Shown here one piece after another: positions 37,220-48,067 of a stretch of 64,000 nt of DNA (position 1 is the first letter of the stretch; each line of letters opens with the position of its first letter). Made by a program: the position numbers and the translations under genes. Under the pieces are notes generated by a model. That model had not been told where the DNA came from and made no database searches. It saw only the letters and a list, made by a program, of their open reading frames with translations. Origin of the DNA: a virus. The stretch lies in IMG/VR virus record IMGVR_UViG_3300030451_003654, positions 1 to 64,000 of that record; one strand, given 5' to 3'.

Positions 37220-38230
37220 TCACCCAATAATTGCCGCTACCTCAAAATCAAGCGTGAAAGTGATATATGGTAATCCAGCCTGTATCTGTGTATTAAAGTT
37301 TCTGATAAAGCCCTTTACTCCTCTTACATTAGAATCGGAATGTATAGGTGAAGGAAAATTAGTGAAAGGCTTACCGTCATCTCCTTCGGGATAAAATTGG
37401 TAAATACTTCCTCTATTATCTTGCGACCTTACCTTATATGTGAATGGAATAAGGGGTAAATCGTCAATACTTGTAAAAGTTGTAGGATTAGCCACCTGTG
37501 CTTCGCTGAGAGAGTCGTGGTATCTATATCTACCATCAACCCTTGAAGGCATAAGAATAATTAACTCATTCATTGTTTGGTAATTCTGCAATCCTGATGA
37601 GTCAGCATGAGAGTGTATTAACTGTGCAATTTCAAAAGCGGTCATATATACTGAAGGGTTCTTAACTAACCCTGTTGTTTTCTTAAATTCTTTAGTAATG
37701 AATTGGTCTGTTATAGTACCTGATATATTTATTGATTTTGAAGCCATACCTAAATCTAATGCAAGAGTTTGTGCTTCTCCTGTAATAGCAGCAACACCTG
37801 GAATTGGTACAGTAGGAACAGTTTTTGATGTAGTTATACCAACAGAATCAGCCTTGAGACCTATTCTATTTGTGGAGAAAAACTCTTCAGTTAAACCCTT
37901 TGCATCTCTCGCACCTAAATTTAAAAATACAAAATGTTGTGCGCTTGATGTATTGTCGGTACTTATATTATAATTGATAGAACTATTATTCCATAGTACT
38001 TGTCCACTTGTTAAAATAACTCCTATAAAAGAACTTTCATCTGTTATATTTTGAACTGTTGTAATTGTAGTAGCAGTAATTAATCTAATACTATATGTTC
38101 CTGTATTATTAGTTGATTGAAATATTGTTATTGTATCTCCTACTTCAAAACCATCAGAAATAAAACTACCTGATGTTCTTGTGATTACATTGTTTGTAAT
38201 TGATAAAGTTACATTACCTGTTTGTGTCAT
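37220..38230 (-). CDS. distal tail protein (putative)
   Basis: Immediately after the tape measure gene; beta-rich with C-terminal FTLDFEVA. Confidence 0.55.
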   Translation of the reverse strand: MTQTGNVTLSITNNVITRTSGSFISDGFEVGDTITIFQSTNNTGTYSIRLITATTITTVQNITDESSFIGVILTSGQVLWNNSSINYNISTDNTSSAQHFVFLNLGARDAKGLTEEFFSTNRIGLKADSVGITTSKTVPTVPIPGVAAITGEAQTLALDLGMASKSINISGTITDQFITKEFKKTTGLVKNPSVYMTAFEIAQLIHSHADSSGLQNYQTMNELIILMPSRVDGRYRYHDSLSEAQVANPTTFTSIDDLPLIPFTYKVRSQDNRGSIYQFYPEGDDGKPFTNFPSPIHSDSNVRGVKGFIRNFNTQIQAGLPYITFTLDFEVAAIIG

Positions 38231-38235
38231 TTAAA

Positions 38236-40188
38236 TCAAATCCTTGTTCCTGATGAGGTTGTTCTATTAACTTCTAAAGATATTAATCTACCAACCTTAT
38301 TAGCAATATCTCTTAATTCAGCATCTGAAGCACCGACTCTTCCTTGTACATTTACAGTAATATTATTTGTAGAACCTGCTGCAATTTGTCTTGAATCATT
38401 ATTACTATATACATGAGAACCTCTTGGTAAATTAACTAATTCAGGACCTTTTTCTCCTACAACAGTTAATCCGCTTGCTGGTCCACCCATTGCTTTACCA
38501 TCAATCATACTTGCTACTCCACCTATTAATGCTAAAACTAAAAGTACTACCGCTACAATTGGTCCTGAAGTTAAAGCAGCAATTGTTATAGAAGCGACAT
38601 ACCAAGCAGCAAATATAATTCCTACAAATCCTACAAGTTTTAAAAATCCTTTAAGACCTTGCTCTTTAAAGTAATCTTTCATAAAACCAAATAAAGCATA
38701 TCCTACTGCTTTAAGTAATTCAAATACTACAATACCTGCCCCTATTGCTAACTCTAATAAAAATCCACCTAAACTCATTATTAGTTTAATACCTGAAGAA
38801 ACAAAATCGCCATCTGCTGAAAATATATCAGAAATAAATTGAATTAAATCAGCAATAACTACTGCACCTGCTTCTAATAAACCACTTAATACAGTCATTA
38901 CAACGCCTCCTACTTCAAATACTTTCTTCACTAATAAGATAATATAATCAATTACACCTAAACTCTTTAATGTTATCAATAATAAAATTATAAGACCTGC
39001 TATAAGGAAAAATTGCACAAAGAATAATGTTGCTTTACCTAATAATTGCATTATTGCTTTACCTGATGAAGCACCTTTTAAGAAACTTTGAAATGTATTC
39101 TTTTGTCGCCAAAGATATAATTTTAACATATGTCTTTTTTGCCATGCTCTATATATTTTTTCAGCCTTAGTACCTTTAAATATTCCTTCTAAGAAACCTG
39201 TTTGTTTTGCACCTGTTGAATCAAAACCTGTTATACCACCTGCTGCATTTTTATTAGCGACTATTCCTTCTCCCTGTAAATCAGATTCAAGACTTGCAGC
39301 CTTCTCTTCTAATTTCTTTTTATCTTCATCAATTTTATCTTTTAACTCTTGTAGTTTTTTCTTTTCATCTTCATCAGTAGCGTTAGCAATATCTCTTTGC
39401 AAATCAGTATATTTACGAGTAAGTAAAATATATTCTTGTTGAGTATCTTGTAGCATACCTGCTAATTTTAATTGTTCGTCATTCATCTCTTGTAAATTAT
39501 CTTTAGAAATAATAAGACCTTTATTGTAATCGTCTAATTTATCTTGTAATTCGCTTTGTCTATCTAAATGTTCTTGACTTGCATTAGCAATTTGACTAAT
39601 ATAATTAATTTCATCTTCCATCATTTGCATTCTTTTAAATTGATTTCTCAATTCTTTTGCTCTTGTATTATTTAAAGATTCACTAAACTCAGCAGCCTTT
39701 CCTTCAGCAGTTTCTGTTCTTTCTACTAATTTAAGAATTGCTTGACGAGTACCATATCTTTTCTGTAATACTTTAAAATATTTAGAACCAAAAATATTTC
39801 TTTTATCTTCTAAAGATGCTGTACCATCTAAAATACCTTTAAGTGCTTCTTGGGTTTTTAATACCGTTCTAAGATTATCATCTGTTTCAGCAACCCTATT
39901 AGTTAATTCAGTTTCAGCCTTAATTCTATTTTCTTGTAGTTTTTGTTGAAATTGTAAAGCGTTTGAAAAAGCCTTAACCTTATTCTGAATTTTCCAAAAC
40001 CCTGTACCTGAAAAGAAACGGGCTAAAGCAATCCACGCTTGACCCGTAGCAGTAGAATTTTTTGTTATATCAATAAATCCTTGTAAAGCACCTTTTTCTA
40101 ATTTTCCTATTTCTTCTAATGATTTTGAAACTTTGTCAAGATTATATGCCATATCTTTGGTAACCTTAACATAAGTTTCTCCCGTCAT
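38236..40188 (-). CDS. tape measure protein
   Basis: Coiled coil, several hydrophobic helices and C-terminal AMGG..SG.TVVGEKGPELV motif; follows the tail chaperone. Confidence 0.85.
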   Translation of the reverse strand: MTGETYVKVTKDMAYNLDKVSKSLEEIGKLEKGALQGFIDITKNSTATGQAWIALARFFSGTGFWKIQNKVKAFSNALQFQQKLQENRIKAETELTNRVAETDDNLRTVLKTQEALKGILDGTASLEDKRNIFGSKYFKVLQKRYGTRQAILKLVERTETAEGKAAEFSESLNNTRAKELRNQFKRMQMMEDEINYISQIANASQEHLDRQSELQDKLDDYNKGLIISKDNLQEMNDEQLKLAGMLQDTQQEYILLTRKYTDLQRDIANATDEDEKKKLQELKDKIDEDKKKLEEKAASLESDLQGEGIVANKNAAGGITGFDSTGAKQTGFLEGIFKGTKAEKIYRAWQKRHMLKLYLWRQKNTFQSFLKGASSGKAIMQLLGKATLFFVQFFLIAGLIILLLITLKSLGVIDYIILLVKKVFEVGGVVMTVLSGLLEAGAVVIADLIQFISDIFSADGDFVSSGIKLIMSLGGFLLELAIGAGIVVFELLKAVGYALFGFMKDYFKEQGLKGFLKLVGFVGIIFAAWYVASITIAALTSGPIVAVVLLVLALIGGVASMIDGKAMGGPASGLTVVGEKGPELVNLPRGSHVYSNNDSRQIAAGSTNNITVNVQGRVGASDAELRDIANKVGRLISLEVNRTTSSGTRI

Positions 40189-40406
40189 TAGAATTTCCCA
40201 CCTGTTTTATGTTTGTTTATTTCATCGAGTTTCATATGCTCGATTTCAGCATGAACCAACAGAAGGTCAGTTATTAGACTTACAGGTAAATCCATAGCAA
40301 CATCAGGGCTAATGTTTAATTCCTTTGATAGAGTATAATATGTTATTGCATGTGCTACTCTTGGATTTTTGATTTCGCCCCTTCTTACTGCCCTTCTGAA
40401 TTCGCT
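40188..40406 (-). CDS. -1 frame extension of tail assembly chaperone (gpT-like, 72 aa)
   Basis: Open -1 frame SEFRRAVRRGEIKNPRVAHAITYYTLSKELNISPDVAMDLP...GGKF* reached via T TTA AAA; its stop overlaps the tape measure ATG (TAATG). Confidence 0.8.
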   Translation of the reverse strand, partial: SEFRRAVRRGEIKNPRVAHAITYYTLSKELNISPDVAMDLPVSLITDLLLVHAEIEHMKLDEINKHKTGGKF

Positions 40407-40774
40407 TTTAAATTATCATCAACCTCCACGACACTAAAAGGGTCAGGCAAAATAGCCTTAATCTGTTGTCCGACATAAGGATTGATTCTTAACAAATCAA
40501 TAGGACTCAACATAGGTTCAGTCTTTTCTACAAATGCCTCAAATAAATATCTATATACTTCAGTCATATCAAATGATACATCTTGTGCTTGCATATTGAC
40601 ATTAAATAGTTTCATCTGCGCTTGCTCTAATTGAAAGAATGTGGGTTCTTTAACCCAAATCTTCATGTATTCTTCTTCATTAGGGTCAATTCTTACATAG
40701 TGTAAAACGCTTTCTACTCTTGTCAATAATTTACCTTTCTCCGTTATAATTTTCTTTTGTTCCATAATATTCAC
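40385..40774 (-). CDS. tail assembly chaperone (gpG-like)
   Basis: Between tail tube and tape measure genes; in-frame slippery heptamer near its 3' end. Confidence 0.8.
   Translation of the reverse strand: MNIMEQKKIITEKGKLLTRVESVLHYVRIDPNEEEYMKIWVKEPTFFQLEQAQMKLFNVNMQAQDVSFDMTEVYRYLFEAFVEKTEPMLSPIDLLRINPYVGQQIKAILPDPFSVVEVDDNLKANSEGQ
40406..40412 (-). promoter_or_regulatory. programmed -1 ribosomal frameshift site T TTA AAA
   Basis: X XXY YYZ heptamer in the correct phase (codons AAT TTA AAA); the -1 frame stays open to 40188. Confidence 0.8.
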
Positions 40775-40810
40775 CTTTTTTCATAATTCTCACCGACTAT
40801 ATCTTAATTA

Positions 40811-43081
40811 TCATGATTGCATAACCCAATGGGTAGTAGCATTCAATGTTCCAACTCTAAGAGGCATGATAGTAAAATCAACTTGTACAGGTCCTCTATC
40901 ATCTTGAATGGGCCAAGTAGCCGCACTAATAAGATAATCATCGAATTCTAATCTAATCTGTTCACCGTTATCCTTTGTAAATAACAGTACTATTTTAGCG
41001 TTTGAGCCATCATCAGTTTCACCTAATGTAAATCTATGTGGACTTTGCCTTCTTAGTTCATCAAAAATTCTTCTGTCTGTAACCAATGCTTGCATACTAA
41101 TTTCGTATGTTCTTTGTCCAGGAACATATGATTTAATTTGCCTATTATATTGCCCAACATATCTTTTATCTGTAAGACTGTTTTGTACGCTAAGTGTAAA
41201 AGAAGAAACCTTTAGGAATTCTTGCCCAAATAAACTAATAGAACCATTAGAGAAAAAGAATGGGTCAATAAATGATTGAGTAATATCACAATTTGTACCT
41301 GTTCCTCTACCTGTTTGTCCACCAAAGTTTAACAAATTCTTAAATTCTGAAGTATCGTTATTTGTAGAATCATAACATTTACCTACATATCCGCCTTCCG
41401 CTTCAAAGACTCTCTTAACATTAAGATTTATAGTAGCCTTAACTTCTTCATTTTCATTTGCCGTTAATTGCATATCTGATACAACACAGCCTGGATATAA
41501 TTGAGCATAAACACTTTCACTATATGAATTTCTATCAACCATTAAAGAACGACTTGTTCCATCAAGTACTGAACCTTTTTGTGTTAGCATCTCTAAAGCA
41601 AAAGATGGTAGTTTGTTATCATTTCTTTCTCCAAAGGTATATGTAATTCCGTTATTTAAAGCACCATTATTTTCTGAAGGTAGTGTAACTAAATATGCTG
41701 AAGTGTTAGGAAGTAAAGGAGGACATAGTGTTTGTGTACCCTTTAATACTCTATGGAATTTACCATTTGATGAATGTCCACTTGATGCTCTATCTGTATC
41801 TGTGCCTGTATTTACACCTGCGTATAAAATGTGATTTGTTGGTGCTGAATCTACTGTTTGGAAATTATTAGTATGAGTTTTATCTCCACCATTGGTACTT
41901 GTAGCACTTGATAAATTACCAAACGCATAAAATAACCATGAACCATGATTTAGATTAACATCAATACTTGCCGCACCTGCGGTTTCCATTCCTCTATATT
42001 GATAGGAGTAGTTTCTACTACCTGCTAATGAAAGATTCATTTGTTTTGTTTCTTGTTCAATTTGTGGAATACCGATTGAGTTAGTTAATCCTACCCAATT
42101 ATTAGATAATACTCTTGGTGAAACTTTGTAAAGTGCGGTAGCATCATCTCCATTTGATTGAATAGTTTTACCTAAGAAAATATGTTCAGTATCAGCAGGG
42201 TTATCGGTAGCAGCGATTAAAGCAACCTTAACTGATGGAGTAGAATCAAGAGAAATAACTCTACCTGCTTTTGTAGAAGAAGCCCCTACATCTGATGTAT
42301 GAATACTTACCCAATCACCCGCAGTTAATGTACCTGTTAAATCTACTGAAGTATTAATAGTAGAAATTGTAACTGAAGCAAGTGTTGGAGTACCACTAAC
42401 TGTTCCTAAAGAATTAGTAATAAGATGTAAATGTGTTGTAGATGTTGTAGGTTCAGTAATTGTACTTGTTAGTGTACCACTTGTTGCTGATGTAATTACT
42501 CTACCTATTTCTACTCCTAATGAATTTCTAATAATATCTCCTACTACATATTTTTGTCCATTACCGACAACAGAACCAAGTACTGCATCACCTTGATTTG
42601 TACTTGTTATAGCATTATCAATTAATTCATATGAGTGTGGTGCAGGAATAACTGAACCATTGGCTTCTAAAATAATATAACCTCTTGGGTTTGAAGGTGT
42701 AGCATTTGTATCACTATTATATAATGAAGGATAATCAGCAATACTACCTGCAAAATAAATTGCATCTGCATCATTACCTGCTACTATTGCACTAAATCTA
42801 AAAGTCGGTGCAGAACTATCATCAGAATAAAAGAATTTAGCAGTACAACCCGTATATAAATCGGGTACTAATTCATAATAATCAGAAAACTTTTTAGTTG
42901 TTCCGACTGTTACATTTGTTCCATCTAACGCATATCCTAATGAATATTTAATTAAATGTGCTTTATTCGTTCCTGTTCTTCCTAAAGTTGGTCCTAAAGG
43001 CATATACCCTAAGAATAACTCGCTTTCTGGGGCTAAGGTAACCGATTGACCTGAACCCATCCATACTTCTGTTGATACCAT
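40811..43081 (-). CDS. major tail tube protein with large inserted domains
   Basis: LPSFALE, YPGCVVSDMQLTA and SFTLSVQNSL...GQRTYEIS tube-family pattern; precedes the chaperone. Confidence 0.75.
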   Translation of the reverse strand: MVSTEVWMGSGQSVTLAPESELFLGYMPLGPTLGRTGTNKAHLIKYSLGYALDGTNVTVGTTKKFSDYYELVPDLYTGCTAKFFYSDDSSAPTFRFSAIVAGNDADAIYFAGSIADYPSLYNSDTNATPSNPRGYIILEANGSVIPAPHSYELIDNAITSTNQGDAVLGSVVGNGQKYVVGDIIRNSLGVEIGRVITSATSGTLTSTITEPTTSTTHLHLITNSLGTVSGTPTLASVTISTINTSVDLTGTLTAGDWVSIHTSDVGASSTKAGRVISLDSTPSVKVALIAATDNPADTEHIFLGKTIQSNGDDATALYKVSPRVLSNNWVGLTNSIGIPQIEQETKQMNLSLAGSRNYSYQYRGMETAGAASIDVNLNHGSWLFYAFGNLSSATSTNGGDKTHTNNFQTVDSAPTNHILYAGVNTGTDTDRASSGHSSNGKFHRVLKGTQTLCPPLLPNTSAYLVTLPSENNGALNNGITYTFGERNDNKLPSFALEMLTQKGSVLDGTSRSLMVDRNSYSESVYAQLYPGCVVSDMQLTANENEEVKATINLNVKRVFEAEGGYVGKCYDSTNNDTSEFKNLLNFGGQTGRGTGTNCDITQSFIDPFFFSNGSISLFGQEFLKVSSFTLSVQNSLTDKRYVGQYNRQIKSYVPGQRTYEISMQALVTDRRIFDELRRQSPHRFTLGETDDGSNAKIVLLFTKDNGEQIRLEFDDYLISAATWPIQDDRGPVQVDFTIMPLRVGTLNATTHWVMQS

Positions 43082-43110
43082 TTTTCTTCACCGTTTTATT
43101 TTACTTTTCC

Positions 43111-43743
43111 CTAACAACCTACGGGGGATGCTAATCGTTTCATAACAACATTCACTTTATATCCAAAAATTCTATTCTTTTTATCATTACTTTCTGTTCT
43201 ATCATTTACAGTTATCATATTGATATTTTCATAAATTGATGAGCCTGTCTTATTCCAACCTCTTCTCCTTTGCTCAAGTATATATCTTACAAGTAAATAA
43301 AGACTACGGATTCTTTCAACACCAAAATTACTTGTAGGAGAAACTCTTGTATCATCATTTAGAATCCTATCGTCTTGTCTTGTTCTAATACTAATTGACA
43401 TATTATAAGTTTCATTTCTATAATCATGTGCGTATGATGGATAATCAATACTATTACCTGTTTCTGAAATTACTATAATATCTTTTGAATAAATATATGT
43501 ATCAGCATTTGTAGATTCTTTTTTACTTGCAGTATTAATTCTATTACCGCCTCTTGACCTACCTTTTGTATCTACTGTTCTACCTGCTGATAAATCTCTA
43601 ATGTCCATAATAATTGGATGTACTGCATGAACATCAGCAATATCTCCACAACCACCTGAAACTTTTAATGCGTCAATAGCATCATTCCAATTTGAATCTA
43701 ATAAATCTACAAGATATTCAGTTTCACTCACCAAACATAACAC
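43111..43743 (-). CDS. tail completion/terminator protein (putative)
   Basis: Position between adaptor and tail tube genes; real start probably GTG near 43731. Confidence 0.5.
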   Translation of the reverse strand: MLCLVSETEYLVDLLDSNWNDAIDALKVSGGCGDIADVHAVHPIIMDIRDLSAGRTVDTKGRSRGGNRINTASKKESTNADTYIYSKDIIVISETGNSIDYPSYAHDYRNETYNMSISIRTRQDDRILNDDTRVSPTSNFGVERIRSLYLLVRYILEQRRRGWNKTGSSIYENINMITVNDRTESNDKKNRIFGYKVNVVMKRLASPVGC

Positions 43744-43951
43744 CTACCATTTCTTCAAATAATGCTTTTTCTATTTCTTGCTTAACAATTTTTTCAACAA
43801 TATTATCGGACATTTTTTCTCCTAAATATTCTTGAGTAATATCTTGCAAGTCTTGATTATCGCTTATAATTTTTTCAACACGAGTTGGAATAGAATTAAT
43901 TAAAGCCCTAACTTTATCAGACTGTTCCTTCGTAAATACCATCTCAATCAC
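43724..43951 (-). CDS. small neck-region protein
   Basis: Coupled ORF in the neck module. Confidence 0.55.
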   Translation of the reverse strand: MIEMVFTKEQSDKVRALINSIPTRVEKIISDNQDLQDITQEYLGEKMSDNIVEKIVKQEIEKALFEEMVGVMFGE

Positions 43952-45044
43952 TATCTATCAAATATATTAAGCGTTTCTTCATATTTAAAATCTTCTCAAC
44001 ATCAGCCCTGTATGTATCAAATTTAGTTTTAATATCTAATCCTGATTGTTGATTTTCTCCTAATAAGATAGTATTATCATCTGATGACATTAATTCACAA
44101 CAAACTAATTTAGTTGCCGCTTCTGTAATTACTGCTGGAACAGTTTGTTTTCCTGTTTGATAAGTACATCTTAGAGAATGTTTAACTTGTAATGGATATG
44201 TACTTTTAAAGAATACAGTACCTGTTGCATTATCTATCCACCAATCATTATCTCTTCCAATATTTTCATTATCTTTAAAATCTTCTTTTGTAATACCTGA
44301 ACCATTAACTGTAATAGTACAATTTTTACCATCATCAGAAGGTAATAAAGAAGAGATAACAATTGAATTATCATCTTCTAAAGAAGCGTAAAAGAATTTA
44401 CTAATATTACTACCTGCACTTCCTTGAAAAGATTTCTTTCCATTTTGTCCTGTAAAATCTCTTGTATTAGCAGGGGCTTGTTCATTTATTAAATAAACTA
44501 ATTCTTGAGCAGTTGTATTATTTCCAAATTGATTATTAAAACAACCTGCATTATTAGGATGCGTTAGTAATGTAAATGTTTCACCACTATTAGGTAATTG
44601 TAATACTACATTTGTAATTGAAGTAAAATCTGTAATATTAACTTTACAAGTAGCACCTGCTAACTCTTCCCAAACATCTCCTTTCCAAGCACAAAGTCTT
44701 ATTACTTTTCTTACATCTTCTCTATTTAATCTAACAAAACCGACATAATCTGTATATCTACTTGTAGCACTATTATATCTGTACATTCTATTAAAATCTA
44801 AATCAAAATCTTTCATTTCATCTTCAATAATAGATGGTCGCCAAGATTGCTTTGTATATTCATCAATATAATCTTCAGCGTATCTAATTAACTCTCCAAT
44901 ATTTGCAAGAGTAGGAATTGTATCAGTTGTAAAAGGTGCTATTCCTAATAAATCACAAATTTTTGTCATGTTAGTATAATGTCCTATACCACCGTCATAA
45001 TCAAGTGAGTTAATTGCTGTATCTGATGGTCTTATAATACTCAT
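43944..45044 (-). CDS. head-tail adaptor/connector protein
   Basis: LIRYAEDYIDEYT...Y..G...VPAVITEAATKLV pattern of gp6/gp15-like adaptors with an insertion. Confidence 0.7.
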   Translation of the reverse strand: MSIIRPSDTAINSLDYDGGIGHYTNMTKICDLLGIAPFTTDTIPTLANIGELIRYAEDYIDEYTKQSWRPSIIEDEMKDFDLDFNRMYRYNSATSRYTDYVGFVRLNREDVRKVIRLCAWKGDVWEELAGATCKVNITDFTSITNVVLQLPNSGETFTLLTHPNNAGCFNNQFGNNTTAQELVYLINEQAPANTRDFTGQNGKKSFQGSAGSNISKFFYASLEDDNSIVISSLLPSDDGKNCTITVNGSGITKEDFKDNENIGRDNDWWIDNATGTVFFKSTYPLQVKHSLRCTYQTGKQTVPAVITEAATKLVCCELMSSDDNTILLGENQQSGLDIKTKFDTYRADVEKILNMKKRLIYLIDSD

Positions 45045-48000
45045 TATCGCACCGCCTGTATAAGTACATTCATTCTACTTCTAATGTTTTCAACAAATTC
45101 TAATCTATCGGGGTCAGTATTTTCTCCTCTTAATGCGTCATCTTGTATTCTTCCCGTTGGTGTTACTCTTTTATTTCCTATTTTTCTTTTTTGGTCGGGT
45201 CTTAAACCTGTACCTGAAACTTTAGGCATAATAAATGATTTAGACCTACCTCTTTCAATTTTATATCCTACATATGATTCAGCCTTTGATTCCCATAAAA
45301 CTTGCCCTTTTAATAATAATTTACTTTTAGCATAGTCAATTTGTACTTCCATATCTTTAATTTCAATTGATACTTTACCATTTCTACCATCGTTAAATGC
45401 TTTATTTTTTGACAAATCTTCTGATAAACCCTTTCTTAAATCTAAAGCATTTAGTAATCTATACATATCTGCTCTTTCAGGCTTCTTAAATTTACTGTCC
45501 TGTCTTTTATTATTCCAATGTTCTTCGATTAGTAATCTTTCTTCTTTAATATCTTCTTTAAGTTTAGACATATCATTTACAAAATTACCTTCTTCATCTT
45601 TTTCTTCATCTATTTGACTAATTAGATTTTGTAGATTATCCATATCATATTCTACCATTTCTCCCCACTCATTTAGAATAGTACCAAATTTATCTGTTGA
45701 AATATTAATATCTCTTGTATCATTTACAATTCTTAACTCTCTTCTAAGTAAAGTTAATCTATTATCTAAATTAGAAGTCATTGTATCATATTTAATTAAA
45801 TCTTGTAATCCATTTAAAAATTCTTCTTCTTTCATTAATTCAAATGTTTTACCTGTTGTTAAATCATCAAAGTCTTCTAATGATTCATCTACCATCATCT
45901 GTTGTCCTGCTGTTTCACCTTCAGTACCCTGCATAGCATCTTCGGCTTCTCTTTGTTCTTGTTCGGCTTCTTCAAGTCTTTCTTGTTGTATTCTTAACTT
46001 TGCTGATTCTTGAGCCGCTTGTTCTCTAAATTCTTCTTCGGTTAAATCATCTTCATCGTTTGCTTCATCTAACGCTTCAATTAATTCTTCGTTTTCCATA
46101 GCAAAATTAATAACTTTATTCATTGTCTTTTGGAAAATTGTTAATTTATTAATAAAATTATCAGTCTTTTTTAAAGAAAAATCTTCTACTAAATTTTTTC
46201 TTAATTCATCTACTGTAAATTTAAAAGAACCATTGTCTTTTAAGTAAGATGAAGGTGTAAAATCTGATAAATCAATAATGTCTTCTTTTTCAAGTCTTTC
46301 GTTTTGTAATTCTTTAAGATTACTAATTATACCTGCGACCATTTCCATATCACCAATTAAATTAGAAGTAATATATTTTTTAACTTTATTTTCTAATCTT
46401 TCTTGTGTGGAAGTAGTTTTTGCTCTATAAAAATTAGTTAAAACATCTCTAATCATTTTCCATTGATAATCTCCACTAATTCCAGGTAATTTTTTTACTA
46501 TATCTTTAGGTATATTACCTGTATAATTAATTATAACTTTACCTTCTTTATTAATTTGTTTATCTATTACTGATTCAGAATTAATAATATCTCTTGATGC
46601 ACCACCTATTGTTCTTGCATATCCTGATTCAAAATCAACTGCCCTTTTCTTAATTTCAATAGGTAATTTAAATTTAGTTTTATTAGTTTCTACTTCTTCT
46701 AATCTAACATTAATATTATCAGGATTAACAAATGAATCTAAAATAAATTCTTCAATTGTATCTCTACTCATTTTAACAGGTCTATCTGATAAATCGTCTT
46801 TATCTCTTTCTTCTAATGTAACTGTTTCAATTGTAAATTTGGCTTGTGCATTTATAAGCGGTTGAAGATTTTGCTTCTGCCACATATTTAATGCTCTATC
46901 TAATAATCTTACGACTGTTTTTATGTCTTTTTCTTTTATAAATTTAACAAAACCTTTTTGGTCTGTTATTTCATCTAATTCTTCATTACTAAATGTAATA
47001 GGATATGGAATTTGTTGTAGTAATTCTAACAATGGAGGTTTAATCTCATTACCTTTATCGTCTTTACCAATAGTAATTAGTTTATCTATCTGTACATTAA
47101 TATCTAATTCTTCTTTCCCTTCGTTAATACCTGTTAATTTACTTTCTACAATTAATGGTACTGCTAATAATTTTAAATATGTGGCTTCTCTATTTTTTAC
47201 TTCTGTTTCAAATTGATTATATGATAATTCTTTACCTGTTATCATACTATATTTTGTATTGTATAAAGACTCATCTATTGTCTTTTCTACATTTTCAATT
47301 AGAATGCCTAAAGCAACCTTTTCTTCATTTGTTTGTGGTTCTAATGTAACTGCTGAATAAAATCCTTCTACTTCAGGACTATTTTCAATAACTTGTCTTA
47401 ATGTAATATCATCATTATACATTGTTTTTAACTGCTCATCAAATTTTACTCTTGTAATTTCAATAGAAGATTGAAGGTCTCTAATTTTCTTTGTAAATGC
47501 GCCCTTTGCAGCACCTGTGGCTTTATCTCTTTCTAATTTAAGAGCCTGTAATTCATTCTTTCCTTCAATAAGCAAATTTCTTGCGACATTATACTCTTCT
47601 GTATTTTTTACATTTAGACCTCTTTTATTGGCTTTAAATTGTCTTCCATATGAAACTTCAAAACTTTTAAAATTACCATCTTTATCTTTAATCTCAATTG
47701 TTCTATCTGAAAATTTTAATTCTTTGGGTTGTTCTTCACCTTCTACTTGTTGATAATATCTATTATTATTTAAATCTCTCAACTTAGTATCTAATAGTAT
47801 ATCAATTGCTTCTTTATTAATACTATTAAATGTTTCTAAATCCCAAGCATCTTTAAAAGTAGGATTATTATCCCACTTCTTTTTACTTCGCATCCAACGG
47901 ATTAAACCTGCTCTAATTCTTTTTTGCATTCCTATTTTAGATTGGTCTTGAGGAATAATAAACTGATAAAAAAATTCTAAAGCAGTATCTACATTCCACT

Positions 48001-48055
48001 TAGTACCATCTTCAAAGTTATCTACTCCACGAAAAGAGCCTACTTCTGTTTCCAT
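45044..48055 (-). CDS. large (1003 aa) acidic coiled-coil protein of unknown function
   Basis: Long ORF coupled to the adaptor gene; no recognisable catalytic motif. Confidence 0.75.
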   Translation of the reverse strand: METEVGSFRGVDNFEDGTKWNVDTALEFFYQFIIPQDQSKIGMQKRIRAGLIRWMRSKKKWDNNPTFKDAWDLETFNSINKEAIDILLDTKLRDLNNNRYYQQVEGEEQPKELKFSDRTIEIKDKDGNFKSFEVSYGRQFKANKRGLNVKNTEEYNVARNLLIEGKNELQALKLERDKATGAAKGAFTKKIRDLQSSIEITRVKFDEQLKTMYNDDITLRQVIENSPEVEGFYSAVTLEPQTNEEKVALGILIENVEKTIDESLYNTKYSMITGKELSYNQFETEVKNREATYLKLLAVPLIVESKLTGINEGKEELDINVQIDKLITIGKDDKGNEIKPPLLELLQQIPYPITFSNEELDEITDQKGFVKFIKEKDIKTVVRLLDRALNMWQKQNLQPLINAQAKFTIETVTLEERDKDDLSDRPVKMSRDTIEEFILDSFVNPDNINVRLEEVETNKTKFKLPIEIKKRAVDFESGYARTIGGASRDIINSESVIDKQINKEGKVIINYTGNIPKDIVKKLPGISGDYQWKMIRDVLTNFYRAKTTSTQERLENKVKKYITSNLIGDMEMVAGIISNLKELQNERLEKEDIIDLSDFTPSSYLKDNGSFKFTVDELRKNLVEDFSLKKTDNFINKLTIFQKTMNKVINFAMENEELIEALDEANDEDDLTEEEFREQAAQESAKLRIQQERLEEAEQEQREAEDAMQGTEGETAGQQMMVDESLEDFDDLTTGKTFELMKEEEFLNGLQDLIKYDTMTSNLDNRLTLLRRELRIVNDTRDINISTDKFGTILNEWGEMVEYDMDNLQNLISQIDEEKDEEGNFVNDMSKLKEDIKEERLLIEEHWNNKRQDSKFKKPERADMYRLLNALDLRKGLSEDLSKNKAFNDGRNGKVSIEIKDMEVQIDYAKSKLLLKGQVLWESKAESYVGYKIERGRSKSFIMPKVSGTGLRPDQKRKIGNKRVTPTGRIQDDALRGENTDPDRLEFVENIRSRMNVLIQAVR

Positions 48056-48067
48056 TATTTACACCCC

